From the NCBI RefSeq assembly GCF_009914755.1, contig NC_060932.1: DNA of 64,000 nt, one strand, 5' to 3'. The notes below the pieces were generated by a model. That model worked only from the letters and a program-made list of their open reading frames with translations. It ran no database searches and was not told the origin of the DNA. The DNA comes from the human T2T-CHM13v2.0 reference genome, Homo sapiens. Within the stretch, counting starts at the first letter, position 1, and each line of letters begins with the position of its first letter. The translations under genes and the position numbers were made by a program. Shown here in pieces: positions 1-15,887 of the stretch.

Positions 1-536
1 CCAGGAAGGCGGAGGTTGCAGTGAGCCGATATCGCACCACTGTGCTCCAGCCTGGGTGACAGAGCAAGACTCCATCTCAAAAAGAAAAAAAAAAGTTGCT
101 ACTAGCGTCTACATTTTACACAGCAGATAGGTGACTGAAATAGAAGTTGGCAGCTGGAAGCGGGGTGCTGCTGGACCAAATACCTAAAATCAGTGGCACT
201 GGCTCCAGGACTGGGTGGCATGGCAAGCAGAGGCCTGAGGAGACTGTCAACAGAGACTGGGAATGAAGGAGCCCACGAGGAGGATGGAGGAAGATGAGCC
301 GTTGTCAGCAGGAGTCCGGAGAGGCGTTGCCACAGCAACCTGGAGACACAGCTGCACCTGATGCTGGGTTCTGGGCCACGAGATGCAGGCAAAAATGTGG
401 AGGGGCCTGGTATGGGATGAAATGCCCAGCCACCAAATAAGAATGTGTTGAAGCCCTAATCCACAGTGTCTCAGAATATCTCAGAATATGACAATATTGG
501 GAAATAGGCCCATTGCATGCAGATTTAATTAGCTCA

Positions 537-761
<225 letters not shown>

Positions 762-960
762 CTACTCAGGAGGCTGAGGCAGGAGAAATGCATGAACTCA
801 GGAGGCGGAGGTTGCAGTGAGCCAAGATCACACCATCACACTCCAGCCTGGGCAACAAGAGAGAAACTCCATCTCAAAAAAAAACAAAAACAAAAAGGCT
901 GGGGCTTGGTGGCTCACGCCCGGAATCCCAGCACTTTGGGAAGCCAAGGCAGGTGGATCA

Positions 961-1269
<309 letters not shown>

Positions 1270-1320
1270 TCAAGTGACCCTGCCACCTCAGCCACAGGTG
1301 CATGTCACTGTATCCAGCTA

Positions 1321-1536
<216 letters not shown>

Positions 1537-1952
1537 TCACTTGAACCCAGGAGGTGGAGATTGTAGTGAACTGGGATCACACCCAGCGCCCACCAGCCTG
1601 GGTAACAGATTGAGACTCTGTCTCAAAAAAAAAAATTTTTTTTTTTTGTAGAGACGAGGTATCACCATGTTGCCCAGGCTGGCTTGAACTCCTGGGCTCA
1701 AGGGAGCCTCCTGCCTTGTCCTGTCAAAGTGCTGGGATTACAGTTGTGAGCCACTGAGCCCGGCCTGTCTTCCATGCCTATGGTTCCTTTGTCACAGTTA
1801 AGACACCAACATTGGGCCGGGCGTGGTGGCTCACGCCTGTCATCCCAGCACTTTGGGAGGCCGAGGCGGGTGGATCCCCTGAGGTCAGGAGTTTGCGACC
1901 AGACTGGACAACATGGTGAAACCCCATCTCTGCTAAAAATATAAAAAAACTA

Positions 1953-2792
<840 letters not shown>

Positions 2793-2795
2793 TGA

Positions 2796-3171
<376 letters not shown>

Positions 3172-4028
3172 TGACCCAACTAACTGCCTACTCCACACCT
3201 GCATCTAAGCAGCAAACCTTTTCCCTAGAAAAACAACCACATCCACTCACCCTTCACATGTGTGACACGCATCTCAACTGAGCACCCCACACTGCCTGAC
3301 AATCTTACTATACTTTCCCTATCCAGTTACTCTCCTGCTCCCTGGGAAGACTATTTCACACCTCGTCTTCTTGACTTAAAACCTGCTAATCCCCTCCACC
3401 TTCAAAGCTAATAACCTTTTTTTTTTATTTTGAGACAGAGTCTCACTCTGTCGCCCAGGCTGGAGTGCAGTGGCGCCATCTTGGCTCACCACAAGCTCCG
3501 CCTCCTGGGTTCACGCCATTCTCCTGCCTAAGCCTCCCAAGTAGCTGGGACTACAGGTGCCCACCACCACGCCCGGCTAATTTTTTTTTGTATTTTTAGT
3601 AGAGACGGGGTTTCACCGTGTTAGCCAGGATCTCCTGACCTTGTGATCCGCCCGCCTTGGCCTCCCAAAGTGCTGGGATTACAGGCGTGAGCCACTGCAC
3701 CCGGCCAACCATTTTTTTTTTTAAGAGATGGGGTCTCACTATGCTGTCTAGCCTGGTCTCAAACTCCTGGGCTTAAGCAATTCTCTTGCCTCATCCCAGC
3801 CTCCCAAGCAGTTGAGACTACAGGTGTGCAGAACCGCATCTGGCTAATTTTTGTATTTTCTGTAGAGACAAGGTTCACTATGTTACCCAGACTGGTCTTG
3901 AACAGGAGTTCAAGCAGTCCACCTGCTTTAGCCTCCCAAAGTGCTAGCATCACAGGTGCAAGCCACAACGTTCAGCCTAATAATCTTATTAGTTAGAATC
4001 ACACTTGCCAGCAACTGTTAGAAAACTC

Positions 4029-4430
4029 CAAATAGGCCGGGCGCGGTGGCTCATGCCTGTAATCCTAGCACTTTAGGAGGCCAAGGCAGGTGGATCAAAT
4101 AGGCCGGGCACGGTGGCTCATGCCTGCAATCCCAGCACTTCAGGAGGCCAAGGCAGGTGGATCAAATAGGCCGGGTGCGGTGGCTCATGCCTGCAATCCC
4201 AGCACTTCAGGAGGCCAAGGCAGGTGGATCAAATAGGCCGGGTGCGGTGGCTCATGCCTGCAATCCCAGCACGTCAGGAGGCCAAGGCAGGTGGATCAAA
4301 TAGGCCGGGTGCGGTGGCTCATGCCTGCAATCCTAGCACCTTAGGAGGCCAAGGCAGGTGGATCAAATAGGCCGGGTGCGGTGGCTCACACCTGTCATCC
4401 CAGCACTTTAGGAGGCCGAGGCAGGCAGAT
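4029..4430 (+). repeat. Tandem repeat of an Alu 5' end, 67-bp unit x6
   Basis: CAAATAGGCCGGG recurs at 4029, 4096, 4163, 4230, 4297, 4364. Confidence 0.92.
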
Positions 4431-4432
4431 CA

Positions 4433-4702
<270 letters not shown>

Positions 4703-6519
4703 TCACATAAATAGAGTCCATTAGAAGCCATGCAGGACTAGTAGGGCAACTCTACACTCATAGAGCTCCCTAATTCTATCGGTTTGTTTGTTTGATTTGA
4801 GACAGAGTAATTCCAGCACTTTGGGAGGCCAAGGCGGGTGGATCACCTGAGGTCAGGAGTTCAAGACCAGCCTGGCCCCAACATGGTGAAACCCCGTCTC
4901 TACTAAAAATACAAAAATTAGCCGGGTATGATGGCGTATGCCTGTAATCCCAGGTACTCGGGAGGCTGAGGCAGGAGAATTACTTGAGCTCAGGAAGCAG
5001 GGGTTGCAGTGAGCCGAGATCGCCACTGCACTGCAGCCTGGGTGACAGAGCAAGACTCGGTCTCAATAAATAAATAGATAAATAAAATCTCTATTAGGCC
5101 ATGCACACCTGCACACCAACAAGCAAGACCTTCCTCTTGCAAGCTGCCCCCTGGTTTCTCTGCCCATGACAGTGAAACTTGCTGTGTGAGCTGTACTCTC
5201 CTCTTCTTTCCACCCTCTCTCCCTCCCTCCTCCCTGCCCCAGTTCTGTGCTGCTGAGGCCCCTTCTTGAGGCTGTTCCTGCAGGGGCGTTCGTGCCTCTT
5301 ATGAGTCCCCATCTTACTCAACATGGGTTCCTTCTCCCTCTGTTTGGGTCCTCTTCCCCCGTGGCCCCTTGTCTGCCTCTGTGTCTGATGCCAGAGCTCC
5401 ATCCTTGGCCCTCCTCCTGTTCTCCCCCATCTTCTGTGTTGCCAGAGACATCTCATCTAGTGCTTTAGCTTTAGGGACCTCCCAGGGCATGATGGTTTCA
5501 GGTCTGTGCTTCCCCCTTTCCTTTCTCCCCAGGGCCTTTCTGCCTTTTCAAAATCTCCCCCACAAGGTCCTGTAAGTTCCTCAGGCCTTGTCTAATTCAG
5601 AACTCCTGACTGCCAACCCCTCTCCCCATAGCCACCAGCCCCAGTGCCCAGGCCAGACACTCTGGACTCCCGAGTCACTTTTCTTCCCAGCCCACTTCCC
5701 GCCCAGCAGCAAATCCCCTCCACGGAGCCGGAGCTCAGAACTGTCTGTGGTCCTTGCTCCTCTCTGTTCCCCTCTGCCCCTCCAGCTCCCTTTCCTCCGT
5801 GCACAATTCCTGCAGCCTCCTGGCCTTTCCCCACCGCTCCCTCCCTGGGTCTTAGTGCATATCTGCTTACAGCTCTCCAGCAGATTCCCATGGCACACAG
5901 GACTAAAGCTCTGAGCTATGGCCTCCAAGGACGCTGCCTGCCCTTCCCACCTCATCTCAGGCCTCCTTCTCCCTTGTCCTCTCTACTCTGACCAGCCCAA
6001 TCCCCTTGCAGCTTCTCCAGCACACCCAGCTCAGTCCTATATCACGCCCTTGTGTTGTGTTTACTCTTTGCCCACGATGCCCTTCCCCCAAAGCTCCCCA
6101 GCCAGAGGGACCCTGCCCCTCCAACCACTCTTCATTCTGGGTCCCTCTTAGATCACCAGCTCCAGGGAGGAGGGACTTTGCCTGCCTGAGTGAAACAGAG
6201 CCCTCAACCCAAACCTAAGTTTGGTGCTGCCACTGTAGGACACCTTGAGCCCCATCTTCTGGGGAGTGGAGGTCCCTGCACTTGTGCTGTTAATGACAAT
6301 TGCTTCCAGGGATTACCTAAAGCCACTTCAGTAGCCCCCAGATCCTGCCCCAGAGATGGGCCAGGGTGCCTGTGTGCCCAGTGAGTTTTGAGCAGCCTTG
6401 GGATTGGGGGTCAAGTAGAGACTCTAAGTCAAGGTTCCAGGCAGAACTGGCTTCACGAGCCTGCAACCTGGGCAGTCACACAGGGCCCCAGGCTCAGAAA
6501 GGCCCCATACTTGAGTTTT

Positions 6520-6995
<476 letters not shown>

Positions 6996-7235
6996 TATTA
7001 ACTTCCTAACAATGGGCTCCAAATTTTCATTTGGCATGGGACCCTGCAAATTATGTAGCTGCTCCTGGTTGCAGGGACGTTCAGCTGATAATGCCTGAAG
7101 ATCCGGAGAGCCAGGTGCTGCTTTCCCTGGGACCCCATGGCCCACAGCCTTCTCGGCTTCCACAACAGCCCCCAGCACTCAGGAGGCCTCAGGTGCTGCA
7201 GTGATAGCTGGGGGATCCACTGGACAGGAGAGTGT

Positions 7236-7366
7236 GGGCCTGGGGTTCCAGCAGGCACAGCAAGTGGGTGTCAGGGGCGCAGGCCTGGGGTTCCAGTGGG
7301 CACGGTGAGCGGGTGTCAGGGGCGCGGGCCTGGGGTTCCAGCGGGCATGGCGAGCGGGTGTCAGGG
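7236..7366. repeat. 45-bp tandem repeat x3
   Basis: GGCCTGGGGTTCCAG at 7237, 7282, 7327. Confidence 0.85.
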
Positions 7367-7870
7367 CACTGCACATCCTCCCTCCTAGGAGGCCCTGCAC
7401 CCTGGCCCGGGACTCTTGTGCCCACCCCCTTGGAGGCAAGCGGCAGCAGCTTTGTGGGTACTGGGGCAAGCATGCACCCCAGGCACAGGGCTTGTTCTCT
7501 GGCCGCACCCCACCCCATTGCTGGTTGGAGTAGCAGCAGGCACCGGGTCCAGAATGGGCCAGATTCTGACTCCTGGATTCCACGCATTGGTCAGCACCTC
7601 TGAGGTCAGGTAGGACAAGTTAAGTGCTGCTGGCTAAGAGGGGATGGAGTTCCCAGCCTCTCTAGTGATGGGCCGAACCTCAGAGGCCTGGCTATATGCC
7701 ATCCCTTGCTCTCAGCTGTTCCTGTCTTCGAACACAAGCTGTGGGGTTTGCTTCAGTCAGCTGGAAGGCACAGGCTCTCTGAGGTCCTAGGAGTGCGCAA
7801 CAGTGGAAGACCTAGGCACCAGAGGGCCTCCCCTGCCCCCTAAAATGATCCGTGTGGAAGCTGAGGCAGC

Positions 7871-7876
7871 TTTATT
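7871..7876 (-). terminator. Poly(A) signal AATAAA of TMEM249
   Basis: TTTATT on + strand ~100 nt beyond the stop codon. Confidence 0.75.
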
Positions 7877-7976
7877 GAAAGGAAGGCCAGTGAGTGGGAC
7901 TCACATTTGATCTGCCCCAGAGTGGGGCTGGGAGGTTACCGAGAACACAGTCCCGAGGTGGGGGAGGCCCTCAGAG

Positions 7977-9396
7977 TCACACCTCCAGGCTGGACTGAGA
8001 GGAGCTGGGCTTGTGACCCATGGGGCTCTTGCCCATCACAGTGCCAGCGCCAGGGGGTGGCCAGTGGCGAACCACGTGCCGGTAGGAGGTGGCCAGGTAG
8101 TCGAAGTAGTTGATGTTGAGTTTCCGGGCGATGTAACGGCCCAAGTATTCCATTTGCTGTGGGAGCAGGTGGCGCTCAACTGGGGCCGGGACAGGACAGA
8201 CCCGAGTCGCCGTCCAGGCGTCTCCTTCCCCTACCAGGCTGCATCCCCCGTCCTGCCCGAAGCCCCGGCGCCCTCTCCACGGCCCCCAGCACCGAAGACC
8301 GTGTTGTATTTACCCTCTGCGTGCGGAAACGGCCCCACCCAAAGACCTTAAACAGTGATCGGTGTCATCGTGTCCTGAGGAGGGCGCGTGTCTGGGCGGG
8401 ACCCACCTCGTAGTGCTCCGACAGCTGCACCAGCACCAGGGGCTCCAACCTGTGGCCGCCGAGGACCAGGTGGAAGAAGCACCTTCCGTGGGCTGCGGGG
8501 AGAGCGGACTTAGCCAGCCTGGCCGCCCCTCCGACCTCCCAAGCTGCCTCCCCGTCCCTGGCGCACCCTCCCGGCCCGTTACCATCGGAGCTGAGCGCCA
8601 GGCGCACGTAGACCAGATGCAAGGGGCCCTGGCACACGGTGCGGCCCTGGATGGAGAAGTGGTACACGCCGCGCGTGTGGTTCAGCACCAGGCGGCGCCG
8701 CGGCAGCGACGAGATCACGAGCCACAGGCCCACGCCCACGCCGTACACGAGGAAGACCCAGGTCTCTTGCTTCTGCACCTGCGGGCGCCACGCGGAGAGT
8801 CTGAGCGGCGCGGGGCCGGCCCTCAGGGGAGGAGGGCGGTGGGGGTCGGGCCCAGGGGCTCACACCTCTCTCAGGGAGCTGAAGCTGACCAGGACCACGC
8901 TGATGATGAAGAGCAGCATCCCCTTCCACAGTGTGTCCAGGTAGTATTCGAGCACGAAGACTGGGGGTGGCGCGGCGCGTGAGGACGCCCCGGCCCTGCC
9001 CGCAGCCGGGGGTGGCGGTGCCAAGGCTTGGCCCGGACTAGCTGGGTCCGCGCAGGGCTCGCGGAGGCGACGTCTCGCCTGCGGCCTCTCCGTCCCCAGG
9101 AGCACCGGCCGGCCCCACCCAGGGCCCTGGCCCTGCCTCTGCCCACCTGGCTCCGCCCCATTCAGGCCTCGGGCCCGTCTCCCTCCTCCCCCGCCCCGCC
9201 CTTCCCAGCCCCGCCCCGCCCCGCCCCGCCCAGCCTCGCGCGCACCGTTTGGCTCCTGCTGCACAAATGGGTAGAAGCTATTGTTCTTGAGGCGTCTGGC
9301 CAGGTGGCGCTCCGGGCAGGTGAGTCCTAGGAACCAGAGCTGGAAGCGCCAGCCGATGGAGGTCGTGGGCAGGCTGCCGGCCCGGCCCTTAGGCAT
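7977..9396 (-). CDS. TMEM249: Transmembrane protein 249 (CatSper-associated subunit), 5 coding exons, 235 aa
   Basis: Exons 9246-9396, 8866-8960, 8583-8778, 8407-8492, 7977-8156, all GT/AG and phase-consistent (708 nt). Protein [12 protein letters not shown]...SQSSLEV* with two hydrophobic segments ([14 protein letters not shown]; [17 protein letters not shown]). Identity from recalled sequence and synteny. Confidence 0.93.
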
Positions 9397-9580
9397 CTGA
9401 GTCAGGCAGAGGTGGTCAGCCTGGCCGCTCGTCCGCTGCCGCCGCCCACTGCCCACAGCGGCACTCCTACCTCGGTGAGCAAATTCTCCAGGGCTGCAGG
9501 CCCAGGAAGGAGCAGGAGCTCACAGGCGACTGACAGGGCAGCGAGGCCAGGGAGCGGCCCAGGGTGGACCGCGGATGGGT
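8150..9580. promoter_or_regulatory. CpG island over the TMEM249 gene body
   Basis: Very high GC and CpG density by inspection; boundaries approximate. Confidence 0.6.
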
Positions 9581-10071
9581 TCTAGAAGTTCTGGGCAGGT
9601 TCTAGAAGGGGCTGCTCTGTTGACCACCTCTTAGGGAGTCCAGGGTGAGGTCCTGCGGTAGGCATTAACTTCTTGGCCAGTCCATCCACTGGAGGCCCCC
9701 TGTATGGCCTGTTCACAGTCCCCATGTGAAGGGTGGATGGGTGGACACCCTAGGCCTGAGCTGGAGAGAAATTTGCAGGCAGCGACCACTCAGTGAGCCC
9801 CACAGCTGGGCGGGGCCCCACCCCCTCCCACCCCCCACCCACATGCAACCACAGACAAGCTCACCAGTGTCCCCGAGGACGGAACACACACACTGGACCC
9901 AGCAGTGGGCAGGCAAAGGCATGGCCACCTGCAGGCTCAAGAGCCCATGGGACCACCCTGACCCCACAACACACAGGCTCTGGGCCGGCTGTAGCCCCAG
10001 TGGCTCCATCAGGTATAACCTGTTGCCCAACCCTACCCTGAGGACCACACACACAGAACTCCTAAAAATGT

Positions 10072-10077
10072 TTTATT
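10072..10077 (-). terminator. Poly(A) signal AATAAA of FBXL6
   Basis: TTTATT on + strand ~85 nt beyond the stop codon. Confidence 0.75.
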
Positions 10078-10159
10078 TTAACAAAATGCTCAAATATCTG
10101 AAATTGGGCAAAGGTGGAGGGTGGGCAAGCTGGCTGAGGTGTCCCAGGTCTGTGGCTGC

Positions 10160-13076
10160 CTAGCTGGGTGAGGGGCTGGTGAGCAGCTGCTCCAGACACC
10201 ACTGGACTTCCTCCAGGCCCCGGTAGGCCCGCTTCAGACCCCGGGGAAGGCAGCGGCAGGACTCCAGGTTGAGGTAGAGCAGGCCCGGGCAGCTGCTGAT
10301 CACAGAGCTGTGGGGAGGGCAGACCACAGGAAGTTGAGCTGTTGCCTCAGAAGGGCTGGGCCAGGCTAGGGAGCTGTGCCTGCTGGTGTTCGACACCTGG
10401 CTCTGCCACCCATAGCCACCAAGGCCAAGCCCAGTTCCCCTGGTGTCCTCAGGCCCACCCCACGCAGGGGCTTGGACAGTATGCATGCCCCTCTGACCCC
10501 TGGAGGTCTCAGGCCAGGCAGGACACAACTTCCAGGCCCCAGGCAGACACAGTGACAGCCACACTGGCTCCAGGGACTGGGGTAGGGGATGCTGACCTGA
10601 CAGTGCTTGGTGTGACCCGGGTGCCCCTGAGGTTAAGAGAGCACAGGGCTGGGTGTGAGCCCCCAGGGGTGCTTAAGAAGGCAGCCAGGGCCTGCTCCAG
10701 GTCCTTCTCACTGAACCCCTGGCCACTCAAGTCCAGTTCTCGCAGTGTATGGCACCACTTCTGGGTCAAAAAGGGGCTGCCCTCCTTGGCTAGAGTCAGC
10801 CGGTCTGACGTGCCATACAGGCCCAGATGAAGCTGCTCCAGCTCTGCAGTGAAAGGAGTGAGCATAAGCTACAAGGTGACAAGGGCCCCCACACCTCACC
10901 CGCCCGGCCACCACCCAGGACTGCTGACCCCGACATGGCAGATCCTGAAGGCCAGCCGGCGTGATGCGCGCACAGCCACGAAGATCCAGTAAGCGCAGGT
11001 TGGGAGAGCCGTGGAGTAGGCGGCCCAGGACCTCGTTGCTCACAAAGTTGCAGGTTGAGCTCGCCAGGCAGAGCTCCTCTAGGCTAGGGAAGCCTGGTCC
11101 GGGAGCCACCCCTCGTCCCGGAGGCTTGGGCAGCCACATCAGGTTCAACAGCCGCAGCACCTGGGGGCAAGGTCCAGGCTGTAGATGGGGGAGGGTGTGA
11201 CAGGTGGGAGAGGCAGGGCGCCAGGTACCTGGAGCTGAGGGCAGCCTTTCTGCAGAGCCTCGACAGGCAGCTGAAGGGGAATGCTATTACGGTTGATGCC
11301 GGTGCTCACCTCCAGGACCTGGAGCTGGGGGCAGCAGCTGCCCTGCAGAGATGGGGGGAGGGGGTAGGTCACAGGGTCAGTGGCCTGGCAGTCCCCAGCT
11401 CAGCATCTGCCTCTGCTCCCACCAATGCCAACTTACCAGCAGTGCGCCCAGGATGGCTGTCGTCTGGGAGCTGTAGGTCAGCCACAACTTGCGCATTCGG
11501 GACCCTGCCTCCTCCAAGAAGCTCACCACAGCTGTGGACTCCACCTGGGGCCCCAATACAAGAGCACCCGTCACCCCGGCCTGGGTTTTTTCAGGGCCCC
11601 TTGGGACACAGGGCTCACCATGGAGTGCTGTAGGTCCAGGCTATGGAGCTGGCAGCAGGCTTTGGCTAGCATGACCAGAGCGTCAGCAGTCACACCGTGG
11701 CAGCCGGAGAGCTTGAGGAAAGTGAGCCGAGGACAGCACTCACCTACCAGCTGCGGGGAGACAGAGGGGCAGCTGGGGTTGGGAGACGACAGGCTAAGAT
11801 CCACAAGGGAAACAGACAAGTGGCTGGTGCCAACCCCACTCTACCGCCTTAGCTGTGACCTCCTTTCTGCCCATGCCAGGCCTACTTGGGTGTCCCCGCC
11901 TCTGATACCTCCCTGCTGGAGGAAACAGCAGGAAAAGAGAACCAGGCAGGCAAGCAGACATCCCCACGGAGCAGCGTTGGGCCCCCAAGGTGCCTGACCC
12001 ACTTCCTAGAGTACTGAACAGTCCCAGAGTGTCACAGCTGATGTGCAGGACAGCCTGGAGCTCTCACCTTCAACACGGGGTGTACCTGAGACTTCCAGTG
12101 GATGAGGGTCAGCCTCTGGAGCTGTGAAAACCTGGGCCGACAGCGGAGGCAGAGCTGCACTAATGTTCCCACACGAGTCCTTCCCACCCAACACCTTGGT
12201 GCAGGGAGACGGAAGGAGCCTGGAGCCAGGGGTAAGGAAGAGAGGGAACCCCTCACCGATTGGGCATAAGCCACTCCAGGGAAGCAAGGAGCTTCTTCTC
12301 CGCCTTGACCCCGCCCTTGGCAGGCCGGCCGACCAGCGGGGACGACAGGGTCACGGTGTGCCAGAGCGCGGGTTGGGAAGCGGCCTCCTGCCAGCGGCGG
12401 CACACGCGCGCAGCCCTGGGAGGACAGCGTGCTGAGGGTGCCGGCCCCTCCGTAGGCGATGCCCCCCTCTCGCAGCGCAGTAGACACCCCGGCTCAAAGC
12501 CGGGCTCCTGGGACTCCAACTGGGCGCCTAAGGGGCTGCGCTCTCGGACTGAGCGGTGCGCGCTCCGATGCTTTCGCCCTCCGCCCCCGCCCGGGCCACC
12601 GCTCGGACCACGTCTGGCCCAAGCCGCTACGCTCGGCGGCGGGCCCGGCACCAGCGTTACCTGCCCAGGAAGGGCATGGGGCCGTCCGCCGCCACCAACA
12701 ACCCGAAAATCTGCACCAGGATTTCCAAGGGAATGCGGTCTCCCCAGCCCGCGTCGGGCCCTTCCTCGGGCGTGGGCGTGGGTGCCGGTGCGGGTGCGGG
12801 CGCGGCCGCCGCCTCGGACCTGAGCCCGGCCTTGGGCTTGGCCGCGGCGCTGGGGCCCCGGGGCGGCTGCCGGGGAGTGCGGCGGGAAGCGCGCCGCTGT
12901 GCGCGGGGCCGGGCGGGGCCGGGTTCGGACAGCACCAGCAGCATGCTGTCGGACTGCAGCAGGTGGTACCCCGAGCCCCTCGGCGCCAGCCGGTCCCACC
13001 ACCAGTCCTCGGCCGAGCGGGGCCGCGGCGCTGCCCGGGCTCTGCGTCGGACCTGCCGGGAGGCTGGGGCAGCCAT
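10160..13076 (-). CDS. FBXL6: F-box/leucine-rich repeat protein 6, 9 exons, 539 aa
   Basis: Exons 12661-13076, 12257-12415, 12068-12131, 11619-11750, 11437-11544, 11229-11342, 10929-11160, 10597-10843, 10160-10307 (1620 nt). F-box [10 protein letters not shown]...[13 protein letters not shown] followed by LRRs ([26 protein letters not shown]). Confidence 0.96.
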
Positions 13077-13750
13077 GACCACCGACGGCGCTCGGGGAAG
13101 CCCCAGGGAGCGGAACGGGCGAGGCTTATAGACCGACAACCCCCCGGTTCCTCTCAACGCCCGCCCGCCCGCCGACCAGCTTCCGGGGCGGGACTTCCGG
13201 TCGTGGGCCATGCCGGGGGCGGGCCCGGAACCGCCACGGGTGAGTCGGGTCGTGGCTGCTGCCGGGTCCTGCGCGCTCCGGACTGAGGTGGCGTCCCTGG
13301 GCCGGACGGCGGTGTCCCGGCGTGGCGGGAAGCCGGCACTGGAGCGGGAGCGCACTGGGCGCGGGACCGGGAGGCGCAGGGACCGGACGGCTCCCGAGTC
13401 GCCCACCTGACGGTACCGAGAGGGCGGCGCCCCTCCGAGCAGAGCCGTCCCGGCCACTCCCCTGGGATCTGACTTGGCTCTTGCGGTCGCGGGCACCGTG
13501 AAGCCCTGGGGTGTGCGTGGCTCCTCCTGGTAGGCGCCCTTTCCCGGCGTCCGGCTTGGGGTGGTGGTGGCGTTGACTCCAGCCCCGCCTCTCCCTGGAG
13601 AGGAGGGCTCCACTCGCTCCTTCGGCCTCCTCCCCTGGGGCCGCAGCGACTCGGGCCGGCTTCCTGCTTCCCTGCCTGCCGGCGGTCCCGCTGGGTACGT
13701 TTTAGCCAATCCTCCCCATCTGCGCTCCTGCCCGGGGCTCCCCCAGTTCC
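12300..13750. promoter_or_regulatory. CpG-island bidirectional promoter of FBXL6/SLC52A2 with tandem ETS (GABPA-type) sites and GC boxes
   Basis: Divergent genes; GCTTCCGG 13179-13186, GGGGCGGG 13185-13192, ACTTCCGG 13193-13200; candidate SLC52A2 non-coding first-exon donors at 13239|13240 (G|GTGAGT) and ~13694 (G|GTACGT); acceptor at 13812|13813. Confidence 0.85.
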
Positions 13751-13922
13751 CCTGGTCTCACCCTGTTCTGACTCCGGCTCTGCATCCTATCTGTTTCTCT
13801 GTTTCTTTCAAGCTAGAAGAAGTCTTCACTTCCCAGGAGAGCCAAAGCGTGTCTGGCCCTAGGTGGGAAAAGAACTGGCTGTGACCTTTGCCCTGACCTG
13901 GAAGGGCCCAGCCTTGGGCTGA

Positions 13923-15644
<1,722 letters not shown>

Positions 15645-15881
15645 GCCTGGGCAGGTGGGGACCCCGCTCCCCAACACCTGTCTTTCCCTCAATGCTGCCA
15701 CCATGCCTGAGTGCCTGCAGCCCAGGAGGCCCGCACACCGGTACACTCGTGGACACCTACACACTCCATAGGAGATCCTGGCTTTCCAGGGTGGGCAAGG
15801 GCAAGGAGCAGGCTTGGAGCCAGGGACCAGTGGGGGCTGTAGGGTAAGCCCCTGAGCCTGGGACCTACATGTGGTTTGCGT

Positions 15882-15887
15882 AATAAA
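15882..15887 (+). terminator. Poly(A) signal AATAAA of SLC52A2
   Basis: AATAAA ~240 nt after the stop, followed by GT-rich sequence. Confidence 0.8.

Noticed and set aside
5100-6450. Pyrimidine-rich unique region with several 100+ aa ORFs
   Set aside because: No recognisable protein similarity or coherent exon chain
12253-13709. Overlapping long ORFs on both strands across the CpG island
   Set aside because: Expected from stop-codon scarcity at very high GC; only the FBXL6 frame is supported, apart from the CATG noted in findings
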